32,000 nt of DNA from positions 810,001 to 842,000 of the forward strand of contig NZ_OW441264.1 in the NCBI RefSeq assembly GCF_936981045.1. The letters run 5' to 3'. This DNA comes from Candidatus Saccharimonadota bacterium (GTDB lineage: Bacteria > Bacteroidota > Bacteroidia > Cytophagales > Amoebophilaceae). This document shows positions 8,971 to 18,053 of the stretch, piece after piece. The translations under genes and the position numbers were made by a program. How positions within the stretch are numbered: position 1 is the first letter of the stretch; every line of letters begins with the position of its first letter. Below the pieces are notes generated by a model. That model did not search any database. It worked only from the letters and a program-made list of their open reading frames with translations, and was not told the origin of the DNA.

Positions 8971-9225
8971 TCAATGATTCCCAGCAGGCGTATAGGTAAG
9001 CGTTACACGACCAGTGTACAATCCATTACCCAAAATGTTTATTTCTTTTAGAGCAGGATATGCATGAACTTCAATCTCCTTTTCATTAGAAACTTCAAAT
9101 TCGCCTAGGTAAGTAATTCTAATCACATCCCTTTGAAGATCTTTTTTACCCTCTATATAATATCTTCCTTGAAAATCCTCTATAGAGCCACAGTGATTTG
9201 CCATAGTAGATACCACTATTAGCAA
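8971..9225 (-). CDS. Hypothetical small protein (possibly longer, using a TTG or GTG start a few codons upstream)
   Basis: 84-aa ORF from the track with no recognisable domain. A decayed partial paralog (DIITSCYLGEFGEKPSGEEL versus DVIRITYLGEFEVSNEKE) lies just downstream at about 8800-8960 on the same strand. Confidence 0.35.
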   Translation of the reverse strand: MLIVVSTMANHCGSIEDFQGRYYIEGKKDLQRDVIRITYLGEFEVSNEKEIEVHAYPALKEINILGNGLYTGRVTLTYTPAGNH

Positions 9226-9386
9226 TGGCGGAAATATTTTTTTTATTTACATAGCAATGTTTTGATTAAAAGTTTGTTGCTTATGTTTGCTTTTTTCTTT
9301 TTTAGGTATTAACACTACGAATATATTAAAAATATTTTCACCTTCCCTACAAATAACGGACACTAGTTAGGTCTAATGAAGATAGA

Positions 9387-10304
9387 CTATGCATATAAAC
9401 ATAAACTTGGTGTCAGGTCGATATAAGTTCTTAGTAATTTTATATTTATATGGTCGGATTCTTTTAACCCTACTTCATATAAAGTATCCTTTAATTTACC
9501 TATGCCATATGGTAGTGTTTCTAAGAAATCCTTATAACTTAAACTATATGGATTATCTGCCAGCTGATCCATGAGCTTTAAACTTTGTGCAATGGCTGCC
9601 TTGTTATATTTATGAGATTTAGAACTGTTGAGTTGTCTACTATAATCTTGCTGAATCAGTTTCCATAGTGCTTGACCGATTGGATGGCCATCTTTTTGCC
9701 ATTTTACTAGATTAGATTGGCATTTTTTTAGCTTAATATGTAGTGTATTATTTTCTTCTAAAATAAAATAAAATAGTTCTTGATACGCTAATGTAGCTTT
9801 AGTAAGATAAATGGTTGCCGGGTTATTGTACCTTGCTGCTAGATACGATTCCCATGCTTGCGTCAGTTTAACATTAGCTTGTAGCTTTTGAATTGCGTCT
9901 ATCACTTCTTTTTCATTTTCTTCTGTAGGCGCTTTAAATAGGTTGCCCAGCCTATCATAATAGTTTTCTAGAAGTGTGGTATCATCTTCCTTTTTTAGCT
10001 CCTGGACTATTTCTTCTGGTATGGTCTGTCTAAATTCCTTCCAGAGTTTGCATGGTTTTTCTTCTGTACCGCTTGTACACCATTCGGAGGTTCTACCCGA
10101 TAGTTTTGTTCTAAACTTAGTAACCTCATCAAATGATAGTGGCCTAATTGTTCTTTCGAATGACTCTATCGAGAACGAGACTACCGTATGATGATTCTGC
10201 GTATGATACCCCCTTTCTTCTTGACGGGTGTATTCATTTTTATTTCTACATCCACAGAAAAGAAGCAGTGCAAAAGTGTGACAAGAATATTTTTTTACAT
10301 GCAT
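9387..10304 (-). CDS. Hypothetical lipoprotein (orphan)
   Basis: 305-aa ORF whose N-terminus MHVKKYSCHTFALLLFCGCRNK looks like a lipoprotein signal peptide (LLFCGC). The rest is helical-looking and Lys/Glu-rich, with no domain I recognise. Confidence 0.55.
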   Translation of the reverse strand: MHVKKYSCHTFALLLFCGCRNKNEYTRQEERGYHTQNHHTVVSFSIESFERTIRPLSFDEVTKFRTKLSGRTSEWCTSGTEEKPCKLWKEFRQTIPEEIVQELKKEDDTTLLENYYDRLGNLFKAPTEENEKEVIDAIQKLQANVKLTQAWESYLAARYNNPATIYLTKATLAYQELFYFILEENNTLHIKLKKCQSNLVKWQKDGHPIGQALWKLIQQDYSRQLNSSKSHKYNKAAIAQSLKLMDQLADNPYSLSYKDFLETLPYGIGKLKDTLYEVGLKESDHINIKLLRTYIDLTPSLCLYA

Positions 10305-10305
10305 T

Positions 10306-10617
10306 TTATAATATATTATTCAGGCTTAACAGGTTTACTACCTTGTATCCATTCATCTTTTTGCCACTCCTGCCTAAAAACAAGTAAAAAGCAAGAACAA
10401 ACACTCTTTTGATTAAGAAATGATATACGATTCCTTTTTTTACCACTGATCTCAATGGATACACTATTTTACTATATAGCTTTAGCATTACTTCATTTAA
10501 ATGCCCGTCAAATGCCCGATTTAGGACTTCAGCAAGATAGTTTTTTATCTCTTTTTTTCCTATTTCTAGCCTTGAATTTTTATAAATGGGTTGATTTTCT
10601 AGTAATCTATTGCGCAT
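10306..10617 (-). CDS. Hypothetical protein (weak call)
   Basis: 103-aa ORF that ends 1 bp before the start of the lipoprotein gene, which suggests translational coupling. It has no recognisable motif and its composition is partly low-complexity. Confidence 0.25.
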   Translation of the reverse strand: MRNRLLENQPIYKNSRLEIGKKEIKNYLAEVLNRAFDGHLNEVMLKLYSKIVYPLRSVVKKGIVYHFLIKRVFVLAFYLFLGRSGKKMNGYKVVNLLSLNNIL

Positions 10618-10691
10618 TTGATTTGGCTAGCTGCTTTTTTTGTTGTACCTTTTCAGGTTATAATGGTTGTTTTTTGAATTACTTGATACTT

Positions 10692-11540
10692 ATGGTGGTT
10701 GTACGATACTTAAAAAAGTTTTTTTTCTGTTTTCTAACGGGTATTTTTTTAAGTAGTGTACATGTCAAAGCTCTTGTAGGCCTGGAGCCTCCCTTTCGCC
10801 GAGGAGAATGGCTACAATATCAAGTTTACTATAGCTTTATACATGCTGGTACAGCCACCATGTATGTGGATGAGGTGTTGCATCAGCTAAATGAGGATTT
10901 TTGCTATAAGGTTCAAGTGCAGGGTACTTCTAGTACTGCATTGGGTATCTTAGGCTTTAAAGTATTGGATAAATGGGAAAGTTATTTAGATGTAGATGGT
11001 GCCAACGCATTACGGCCACATAGATGTGTTACCCATCTTCAAGAAAATGGTTATATAAGGCAAGAACAAATTGATTTTGATTATCAAGTACATCAAGCCC
11101 GGGTAAAAGTATCTGAAGGTCATAATAATATGGAGCATGAAGTTACTTATCATCCTATCCCTAGTACAAAAAAAATTAAAGATCTGATTGGTGGCTACTA
11201 TGGGTTGCGTTCCATTGATACTACAAATCTAAAACTAGGTGATAAGCTTGTACTAACGGTTTTACATGGCCAGCAGATCTATGAAGATGTTGTCATCCTA
11301 TTTCTTGGAAAAAAGATTATTACCACTAAACTAGGAAAAACATCAGCCTTGGTTTTTGCACCCTTGGTGCCTACCGAGGATAGTATATTTTCCGGAGCGC
11401 GTCCGGTAGAAGCATATATTTCCGATGATGTCAATAAAGTTCCTCTAAAATTAAAAGTTAACCTCGTAATAGGTGCAGTAGAAGTAGAACTCACAGGCTA
11501 TAAAGGTTTGAAAGAGGCTATTCATTTCCAACCATCTTAA
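10692..11540 (+). CDS. DUF3108-family protein with an N-terminal signal/anchor
   Basis: The track ORF starts at 10455, but its first about 79 aa are Phe/Leu/Cys-rich and look like AT-rich noise. The ATG at 10692 gives MVVVRYLKKFFFCFLTGIFLSSVHVKA... followed by FRRGEWLQYQVYYSFIHAGTATMYV and a C-terminal ISDDVNKVPLKLKVNLVIGAVEVEL. This is the pattern of Bacteroidota DUF3108 proteins. Confidence 0.65.
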   Translation: MVVVRYLKKFFFCFLTGIFLSSVHVKALVGLEPPFRRGEWLQYQVYYSFIHAGTATMYVDEVLHQLNEDFCYKVQVQGTSSTALGILGFKVLDKWESYLDVDGANALRPHRCVTHLQENGYIRQEQIDFDYQVHQARVKVSEGHNNMEHEVTYHPIPSTKKIKDLIGGYYGLRSIDTTNLKLGDKLVLTVLHGQQIYEDVVILFLGKKIITTKLGKTSALVFAPLVPTEDSIFSGARPVEAYISDDVNKVPLKLKVNLVIGAVEVELTGYKGLKEAIHFQPS

Positions 11541-11561
11541 TCTTTATAATCTTGTATCTAT

Positions 11562-12992
11562 ATGTTGTACCATCCTGATTCTTTTAGTTCACTCCGTCCC
11601 TTACTAGCATCACAAAACGTTACTTCTATAGAAGTAGCTGGGCAGCTATTGCAACATATTCAAACCCAAAAAGACTTAAATGCTTTTGTAAATGTTTATG
11701 ATCAAGAAGTAATAGAACATGCTGCTGTAGTCGATCAGAAAATAATAGAACATAAGAGTGGTCCCTTGGCTGGAATGGTCGTTGGCTTGAAGGATATGAT
11801 TGCCTACAAAGACCATCCATTACAAGCTGGTAGTAAAATTTTGGCCAATTATATCTCTCCATTTGATGCAACGGTTACGGAACGACTTTTAGCAGCTGAT
11901 GCATTGATTATTGGCCACCAGAATTGTGATGAATTTGGCATGGGTTCCTCTTCAGAAAATGCTTATTTTGGTACGGTACTCAATCCTTTGGATAAGACAA
12001 GGGTCGCAGGTGGTTCTTCTGGTGGATCTGCAGCAGCTGTAAAAGCCAAAATGTGTCATGTTTCCATTGGCACCGATACAGGTGGATCTGTTAGGCAGCC
12101 AGCTGCATTTTGTGGCCTTGTAGGTCTTAAACCCTCTTATGGTAGAATTTCTAGACATGGAGTAGTAGCTTATGCTTCTTCTTTTGACACACCTGGCATT
12201 TTGGCCCATACTGTAGAAGATTGTGCCAGTGTACTGTCGGCAATAGCTGGCCCTGATGCATTTGATGATACCGCAGCCGCTCAAGAAGTGCCCCGTTATA
12301 CGGAGGCATTGCATCACCCCGGGCGTTATAAGGTAGCCTGCTTAGCAGGCACACTTAGCAATGAAGGGTTACAGCCAGAAATAAAAGAACATACATTGCA
12401 TGGCTTGGAACTTTTAAAGAAAGAGGGCCATCAAGTAGATAACGTGCATTTTGCACTACTCAAATATGCCCTACCTACTTATTATATATTGGTAAATGCA
12501 GAAGCAAGTACCAATCTTGCGCGCTTTGATGGCATTCGTTATGGCTATAGAAGTGGCCATGCTACCACATTAGAAGAGGTCTACACGAAGACAAGAACAG
12601 AAGGATTTGCTAAGGAAGTCAAAAAGCGGATTATGTTAGGCGCCTTTGTGCTCAGTGCCTCTCAATGTGAAACACACTATATCAAAGCGCTAAAGGTACG
12701 TAATATGATTAAAAAGGCGATGCAAGAGATCTTAAGCGGTTACGATTTTATCATACTGCCTACCACTACCACTACTGCTTTTAAGGTGAATAGTTTTGCA
12801 AGCCATCCATTATCCATGTATTGGAGTGACCTTTATACCGTATTGGCATCCGTAGCTGGCTTACCGGCTATTTCTTTGCCAAATGGAGTAGATCAAAAGA
12901 ATTTACCCATTGGTATTCAAATTATTGGTAACTATTTTGAAGAAGCTAAACTACTTACTTTTGCAAGTCATTTTGAGGCTATTGTAAAATAA
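11562..12992 (+). CDS. gatA: Asp-tRNA(Asn)/Glu-tRNA(Gln) amidotransferase subunit A
   Basis: 476-aa ORF with the amidase signature GGSSGGSAAAV...GTDTGGSVRQPAAFCGLVGLKPSYGRISRHG and a length typical of GatA. Confidence 0.92.
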   Translation: MLYHPDSFSSLRPLLASQNVTSIEVAGQLLQHIQTQKDLNAFVNVYDQEVIEHAAVVDQKIIEHKSGPLAGMVVGLKDMIAYKDHPLQAGSKILANYISPFDATVTERLLAADALIIGHQNCDEFGMGSSSENAYFGTVLNPLDKTRVAGGSSGGSAAAVKAKMCHVSIGTDTGGSVRQPAAFCGLVGLKPSYGRISRHGVVAYASSFDTPGILAHTVEDCASVLSAIAGPDAFDDTAAAQEVPRYTEALHHPGRYKVACLAGTLSNEGLQPEIKEHTLHGLELLKKEGHQVDNVHFALLKYALPTYYILVNAEASTNLARFDGIRYGYRSGHATTLEEVYTKTRTEGFAKEVKKRIMLGAFVLSASQCETHYIKALKVRNMIKKAMQEILSGYDFIILPTTTTTAFKVNSFASHPLSMYWSDLYTVLASVAGLPAISLPNGVDQKNLPIGIQIIGNYFEEAKLLTFASHFEAIVK

Positions 12993-13019
12993 GGCATTTA
13001 TATGCTGCTTATATTTTTT

Positions 13020-13195
13020 TGCTAGATCAAAAAGTAGCCAAAACATCAAGCTCTGTGCCAAAAATTATTGCAAGCCCCACCAGGAAAAACAGCAGTTACT
13101 TTGTGGGCCTCCATTAAGCTGTTTTGCTGATCAGCTGTAAGGTACACTTTCTGATTGCAACTTTTTACAATGGGCGTTTTTTCTTATTTTGCGTT
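13020..13195 (+). repeat. Intergenic repeat module, copy R1 (upstream of dut)
   Basis: It contains the blocks CCATTAAGCTGTTTTGCTGATCAGCTGTAAGG and AACTTTTTACAATGGGCGTTTTTTCTT. These recur, diverged, at 14787-14894 plus 15897-15945 and at about 18530-18660. Confidence 0.6.
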
Positions 13196-13306
13196 CTCAG
13201 ATGGCTGTAACTTCAGTCAATAAAATTTCTTTTTTGGTATGGCCTATATTGTGGGTCAGTGCTGAACAGATGTGCAAAAAGTAATATTTTAAATGATTCG
13301 TATTGT

Positions 13307-13741
13307 ATGGAAGTTCGAATTGTGAACCAATCACACCATCCATTGCCTGCTTATGCTACATTGGGGGCTAGTGGTATGGATCTGCGTGCTTTGACCCCTC
13401 TTCCTATTCGGTTGTCTTCTGGACAAAGAATACTAATTGCTACGGGTATTTCTATTGCTTTGCCACAAGGATATGAGGCGCAAGTAAGGCCACGTAGCGG
13501 ATTGGCATTGCACCATGGTATTACGGTTTTAAACAGTCCCGGAACCATTGATGCAGACTACAGAGGGGAAATAAAAGTATTACTCATAAATCTCTCTGAT
13601 CAGCCCTTTGTTGTGCAGGATGGGGATAGAATTGCGCAGCTGGTAGTTTCCAAATATGCGTCGATTCTTTGGAAAGTGGTACCAGTGCTAGATCAAACTG
13701 CTAGGGGAACGGGAGGCCATGGTAGTACAGGTAGAGACTAG
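13307..13741 (+). CDS. dut: dUTP diphosphatase
   Basis: From the ATG at 13307 the protein reads [28 protein letters not shown]...[27 protein letters not shown]...GDRIAQLV...[11 protein letters not shown], which carries the canonical dUTPase motifs. The longer start at 13259 in the track adds 16 non-conserved residues. Confidence 0.9.
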   Translation: MEVRIVNQSHHPLPAYATLGASGMDLRALTPLPIRLSSGQRILIATGISIALPQGYEAQVRPRSGLALHHGITVLNSPGTIDADYRGEIKVLLINLSDQPFVVQDGDRIAQLVVSKYASILWKVVPVLDQTARGTGGHGSTGRD

Positions 13742-14724
13742 CATGCATTGGGCACTTTTTGCATCATTTCATCTAAGAGGTCACATATGGCTGTATACGT
13801 GTTGGCAGTTACCAAACTGGATCGGTATTCCCTTATGCCAGACACCCCTCTAAAGTAATTGGTATAATGGCGTCTCATTTCTAGTATGCCCGTTCGTTCT
13901 CCTTTCCATTGTATGGCATGTACCAAATGTTTTTTTACCGTTTCAATCCGTTCTGTTAGGGTAGGGGGGGGGAGTAGGCTACCTGTTGTATGGTAGTGTT
14001 TGATTTCTCTAAAAATCCAAGGGTAGCCAATGCTTGCACGGCCAATCATAATACCATCGACGCCATATTCATTTTTATAGGCAACTGCCTTGGTAGGGCT
14101 GTCAATGTCACCATTCCCAAAAATGGGGATATGAATAGTTGGATCTGCTTTTGCAGCCCCAATATAGCTCCAGTCTGCCGATCCTTTGTACATTTGTTGT
14201 CGGGTTCTTCCATGAATGGTTACAGCCTGTACCCCAACGTCTTGAAGACGATGCACTACTTCCAAAATTTTAATCGATTCGTGGTCCCACCCTAAGCGCG
14301 TTTTGACCGTAACCGGAATGGAAACTTGTTTGACAATTTCTGCAGCCATGGCCTGCATTTTAGGAAGATCTAAGAGAATACCAGCACCCGCTCCTTTGCA
14401 AGCTACCTGTTTAACAGGACAACCATAGTTGATGTCCAATAAGGTTGGCTGAGCCCTTTCTACAATAGCAGCTGCTTCTCGCATGACCTCTATTACATCT
14501 CCAAAGATTTGTATGCCAATAGGGCGTTCATCTTCATATATTTCCAACTTTTTTACACTTTTGGTAGCATCTCTAATCAGCCCTTCGGAGGAAATAAATT
14601 CCGTATACATCAGATCTGCACCATGTGCCTTGCATATGGCACGAAAGGAAGGATCACTAACATCTTCCATGGGTGCCAATAAAAGTGGAAAATCACCCAA
14701 TACACAATCTCCAATTTGTAACAT
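13738..14724 (-). CDS. dusB: tRNA-dihydrouridine synthase (DusB-like)
   Basis: 328-aa ORF reading [34 protein letters not shown]...[10 protein letters not shown]...[17 protein letters not shown], a typical Dus family TIM-barrel protein. It is convergent with dut, and the two stop codons overlap within CTAG at 13738-13741. Confidence 0.9.
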   Translation of the reverse strand: MLQIGDCVLGDFPLLLAPMEDVSDPSFRAICKAHGADLMYTEFISSEGLIRDATKSVKKLEIYEDERPIGIQIFGDVIEVMREAAAIVERAQPTLLDINYGCPVKQVACKGAGAGILLDLPKMQAMAAEIVKQVSIPVTVKTRLGWDHESIKILEVVHRLQDVGVQAVTIHGRTRQQMYKGSADWSYIGAAKADPTIHIPIFGNGDIDSPTKAVAYKNEYGVDGIMIGRASIGYPWIFREIKHYHTTGSLLPPPTLTERIETVKKHLVHAIQWKGERTGILEMRRHYTNYFRGVSGIREYRSSLVTANTYTAICDLLDEMMQKVPNAC

Positions 14725-14786
14725 AAATAGAAAGCATTTATATGATACTTTTTACTTGACCAAAAAGTGTATACAAGCCATGCCCT

Positions 14787-14894
14787 GTGCAAAAAGTTGC
14801 TTTAAGCACACCTTAGAGCTGTACAAGCAGACGCCAACTCGTAGCCGCTACTAAACTGTTTTTTCCGTCAGCTGTAAGGCGTATTAAGATAATA
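14787..14894 (+). repeat. Intergenic repeat module, copy R2, left half (split by IS982 copy C)
   Basis: TGTGCAAAAAGTTGC...CTAAACTGTTTTTTCCGTCAGCTGTAAGGCGTATTAAGATAATA aligns with R1 at 13100-13160. Confidence 0.55.
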
Positions 14895-15896
14895 ACCTCA
14901 GTTCGGGATTAGACGTATTGTGAACCAGTCATATATATATTAGTTATAGAAGGTTTTTTATCTTTTAGTGCATAAGCTGTAATTCCAGCTATCAAATTGA
15001 CTGGAAAATTAGGTATGCTTCTATGCCTGGAATGTTCTATCTGGCTAATATTTTTGAGCTGATCTATAATAGTTTCAATTATAGATCGTTTTCTAAGCAT
15101 CAGTTTATCCCAGAGTGGCATAAAAGCATTTTTCATATTTTTTCTGATCTGGGTAATGAGTTCCACGCCTTTCTCGATCAGTTTTTTAAATAAATCTTTG
15201 CTTATGTAACCTTTATCGGCAAACATTTTACCCATCAAGTGTTTACATAAATTTTCTACAGGAAGCCTATCATTAGTTTTACCTGTGGTCAGTTGAAAAT
15301 TCATAATTTCTCCTAAATAATTGACTATCAAGTGCAACTTTAATCCAAAAAACCAACCGATGCTGGTTTTACCTTTAGTAGCAATCGATTTAAAAACCCT
15401 GTGCGTATAGGCTCTTTTGATATGGCAAACCTTGATGGCCGTTGCATCCATAAAATAACAACCTGTTTTTGTTTTAGAAAGACTTTGTGTAAAACAGTAC
15501 AAGGGAACTAACGTTCTTTGGATCAGTTCTATAAATCTATTCTAGCTTACTAATTTTCCAAATTTACTAGAATGAAATTGCTGTAAATGAATATAATAAG
15601 ACTTAAAATTTCTAAAACCAATCACATGAAAGGCAATAAGAACAGTCATTATTTCACTCAAAGTTAATGAACAAGTTCTAGTGGGTTTTCTTTTAGAGTT
15701 GGTTAACAGTTGTTTTTCCATATACGGCATAAACTTTATGAGAAATTCATCAACAGCATAATATATTTCAACTAATTTTTCTACATTCATAACTGGCTCC
15801 TTTGGATAATCTGGTTAGTATTTTTTTATCTCCAAATTTAAAACACAAAGGAGCTTTTTAAAGCTATTTTTTAACAAGCTAATCCCGAACTCAGGT
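14895..15896 (-). mobile_element. IS982-family insertion sequence, copy C (1002 bp)
   Basis: It has the same termini as copy B: ACCTCAGTTCGGGATTAG at 14895 and CTAATCCCGAACTCAGGT ending at 15896. The flanking pentamers TAATA and TCATA differ at one position. Confidence 0.88.
14909..15790 (-). pseudogene. IS982-family transposase of copy C, inactivated by an in-frame nonsense codon
   Basis: The two track ORFs (15542-15790 and 14909-15502) are in the same frame. They are separated by TAG where copies A and B have Tyr (VSYNRFIEL becomes VS*NRFIEL). Confidence 0.85.
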
Positions 15897-15945
15897 TCAT
15901 AGCTTTTTACAAAGGGCAGTTTTTTCTTGCTTTTAGGTAATGTTG
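15897..15945 (+). repeat. Intergenic repeat module, copy R2, right half
   Basis: TCATAGCTTTTTACAAAGGGCAGTTTTTTCTTGCTTTTAGGTAATGTTGCC aligns with R1 (AACTTTTTACAATGGGCGTTTTTTCTT). It also aligns with the leader just upstream of the AsnC-type gene (GCGTTTTTTCTGTTTTTAGGTAATATG). Confidence 0.55.
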
Positions 15946-16100
15946 CCAAGTAAGAAAAAAATTATATTTGATAAACTTATCAAATATAAAAAACATGCTA
16001 TTCTGTCTAATGGTAAATAACATTTATGCGCTAAGTTGACGCCATTGCCTGAATCAATAGAGTTGGTTGCTAAAAGGGAAATGGCTCAAAAGACTATATA

Positions 16101-16341
16101 ACGTAAGTTCGGGATTTATTTGACTGATTTACAACAATTTAATATCAATTATTTAGTTAATATTTGTACCTATTTAACAAATTTTTATATCTAATTTTAT
16201 AAACATAATATATATAATAAACTGATTAACAGAATTATTTGTTATTCAACTACCTATTTAACTGTCTAATAAAACAAATTTTATAAATTTTAATTGATAT
16301 TGATTATCAAATGAAAAAATAATCCAATCCCGAACTCACGT
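16101..16341 (+). mobile_element. 240-bp MITE-like element, copy 2
   Basis: Termini are ACGTAAGTTCGGGATT and AATCCCGAACTCACGT. The flanking pentamers ATATA and ATACA match at 4 of 5 positions. It lies 16 bp outside the left end of IS256 copy 2. Confidence 0.85.
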
Positions 16342-16965
16342 ATACAACCTGAATTCGGGGCTCTGTCCACTTAAGTGTGTAAATTATTTTTTGGTTTTAT
16401 TCAATTCTGTTTTCAAATTTAATTAAAAAATGTGCCATAGTCTCGCTCCAGTTATGAATAGAGGTGGTCCATTTTTTAGTCATGTAGTTAATAGTTAGAT
16501 ATAATGTTTTAAAAACAGCTAGATCGTTAGGGAACACTTTTTTATTTTTGGTAACTCTACGAAATTGGCTATTTACAGATTCCAAACATTTGTTGTGTAA
16601 ATGACCTTACGTATGGCATTAGGGTACTGTAAAAATACCATCAGATTATCCCAGTTAGCATACCAAGATTGGGCTATTTGTGGGTATTGTTGATTCCACT
16701 TAGTAGCAAAAGCTTCTAAGGCCATCAATGCTTCTTGCTCGGTAACTGCTGTATAAATTGGTTTTAAATCAGCAACTAATACCTTTCTATGTTTATAAGA
16801 AACATACTGCAAATTACTCCTAATTGCATGAGCAATACAGAGCTGATGTTCCGTTTTTGGGTATACGGCAGCAATGGCCTTAGACATGCCTGACAAATTA
16901 TCTGTACATTCAATGAGCATATCGTTCATACCCCGATTTTTGAGTTCTGTTAAATTGCCTAACCA

Positions 16966-17205
16966 ACGTAAGTTCGGGATTTATTTGACTGATTTACAAC
17001 AATTTAATATCAATTATTTAGTTAATATTTGCACCTATTTAACAAGTTTTTATATCTAATTTTATAAATATAATATATATAATAAACTGATTATAAGAAT
17101 TATTTGTTATTCAACTACCTATTTGACTGTCTATAAAACAAATTTTATAAATTTTCATTGATATTGATTATCAAATGAAAAAATAATCTAATCCCGAACT
17201 CACGT
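16966..17205 (+). mobile_element. 240-bp MITE-like element, copy 3
   Basis: It has the terminal inverted repeats described for the other copies. It is flanked by a perfect direct repeat TAACCA (16960-16965 and 17206-17211). It interrupts the IS256 transposase reading frame cleanly. Confidence 0.88.
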
Positions 17206-17813
17206 TAACCAAAATTTAGCCCCTTCATTTTCACTCATCCAAAGCCCTAAAACATCCTTTATGCCAGATCTATCTATACCTAAAGCAACATAGACTGCCT
17301 TGTTGATGATGCGCTTATCTTGTCTAACTTTAACTACAAAGCAATCAAAAAAAACAATAGAATAGACTGATTCTAAGGGACGATTTTTCCATATCTTAAC
17401 ATCTTCAATAACAGAGTCTGTGATGTTACTTATCAGGCTTTCACTTACTTCTGCGCCATATAATTCCTGTATTTGAATCTGAATATCTGACAGACTCATA
17501 CCTTTAGCATATAAAGATAAGATCTTATCATCCAAACCAGGAATTCTTGTTTGACGATTAGGCAATAAAATAGGTTCAAAAGTCGATGCTCTATCTCTGG
17601 GTACTTCAACCGATATAATGCCATTATCAGTAATAACTTGCTTACTGGATAATCCATTACGTACATTCTCTGAATCACTACGTGCATACTTATTATAACC
17701 TAAATGGTCATCCATTTCTGACTGTAATGCTTTTTCTACAAGACGCTTACTTAATTGTTTGAGTAAGCCGTCTTGATCAAAAAGTCTGGAAAGGTCTACA
17801 CCTGATTCTATCA

Positions 17814-18053
17814 ACGTGAGTTCAGGATTAGATTATTTTTGCATTTGATAATCAATATCAATGAAAATTTATAAAATTTGTTTTATAGACAGTTAAATAG
17901 GTAGTTGAATAACAAATAATTCTTATAATCAGTTTATTATATGTATTATATTTATAGAATTAGATATAAAAACTTGTTAAATAGGTGCAAATATTAACTA
18001 AATAATTGATATTAAATTGTTGTAAATCAGTCAAATAAATCCCGAACTTACGT
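17814..18053 (-). mobile_element. 240-bp MITE-like element, copy 4 (inverted orientation)
   Basis: Termini are ACGTGAGTTCAGGATTAG and AATCCCGAACTTACGT. It is flanked by a perfect 5-bp direct repeat TATCA (17809-17813 and 18054-18058). It interrupts the IS256 transposase N-terminus. Confidence 0.88.

Noticed and set aside
10455-10691. N-terminal 79-aa extension of the DUF3108 ORF as given in the track.
   Set aside because: The extension is Phe/Leu/Cys-rich and low in complexity, and it overlaps the opposite-strand ORF at 10306-10617. The ATG at 10692 gives a normal signal/anchor followed by the conserved domain.
11626-12354. Minus-strand ORFs at 11626-11871, 11952-12317 and 12151-12354 within gatA.
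   Set aside because: They are antisense shadow ORFs within gatA. Similar shadow ORFs lie inside dusB (13990-14295, 14483-14854), glyA (23809-24552), dnaA (25633-25827), serS (29735-30139), sppA (2440-2625, 2879-3097) and the transposase genes (4557-4850, 17496-17687, 19673-19876, 21135-21350).
13738-13741. A 4-bp overlap of the convergent dut and dusB stop codons (CTAG).
   Set aside because: It is real in the sequence. However, it is a common consequence of compact genomes, and no regulatory inference is justified.
13964-13972. A nine-G homopolymer (C9 on the coding strand) inside dusB as a phase-variation tract.
   Set aside because: It encodes Pro-Pro-Pro (LLPPPTL) within an otherwise intact housekeeping gene. 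There is no evidence of length variation from a single sequence. I note it only as slippage-prone.
16573-16585. The overlap of the two IS256 transposase ORFs as a programmed ribosomal frameshift site.
   Set aside because: IS256-family transposases are normally single ORFs. There is no slippery heptamer at the overlap, and the same copy is already broken by two MITE insertions. A decay frameshift is the simpler reading.
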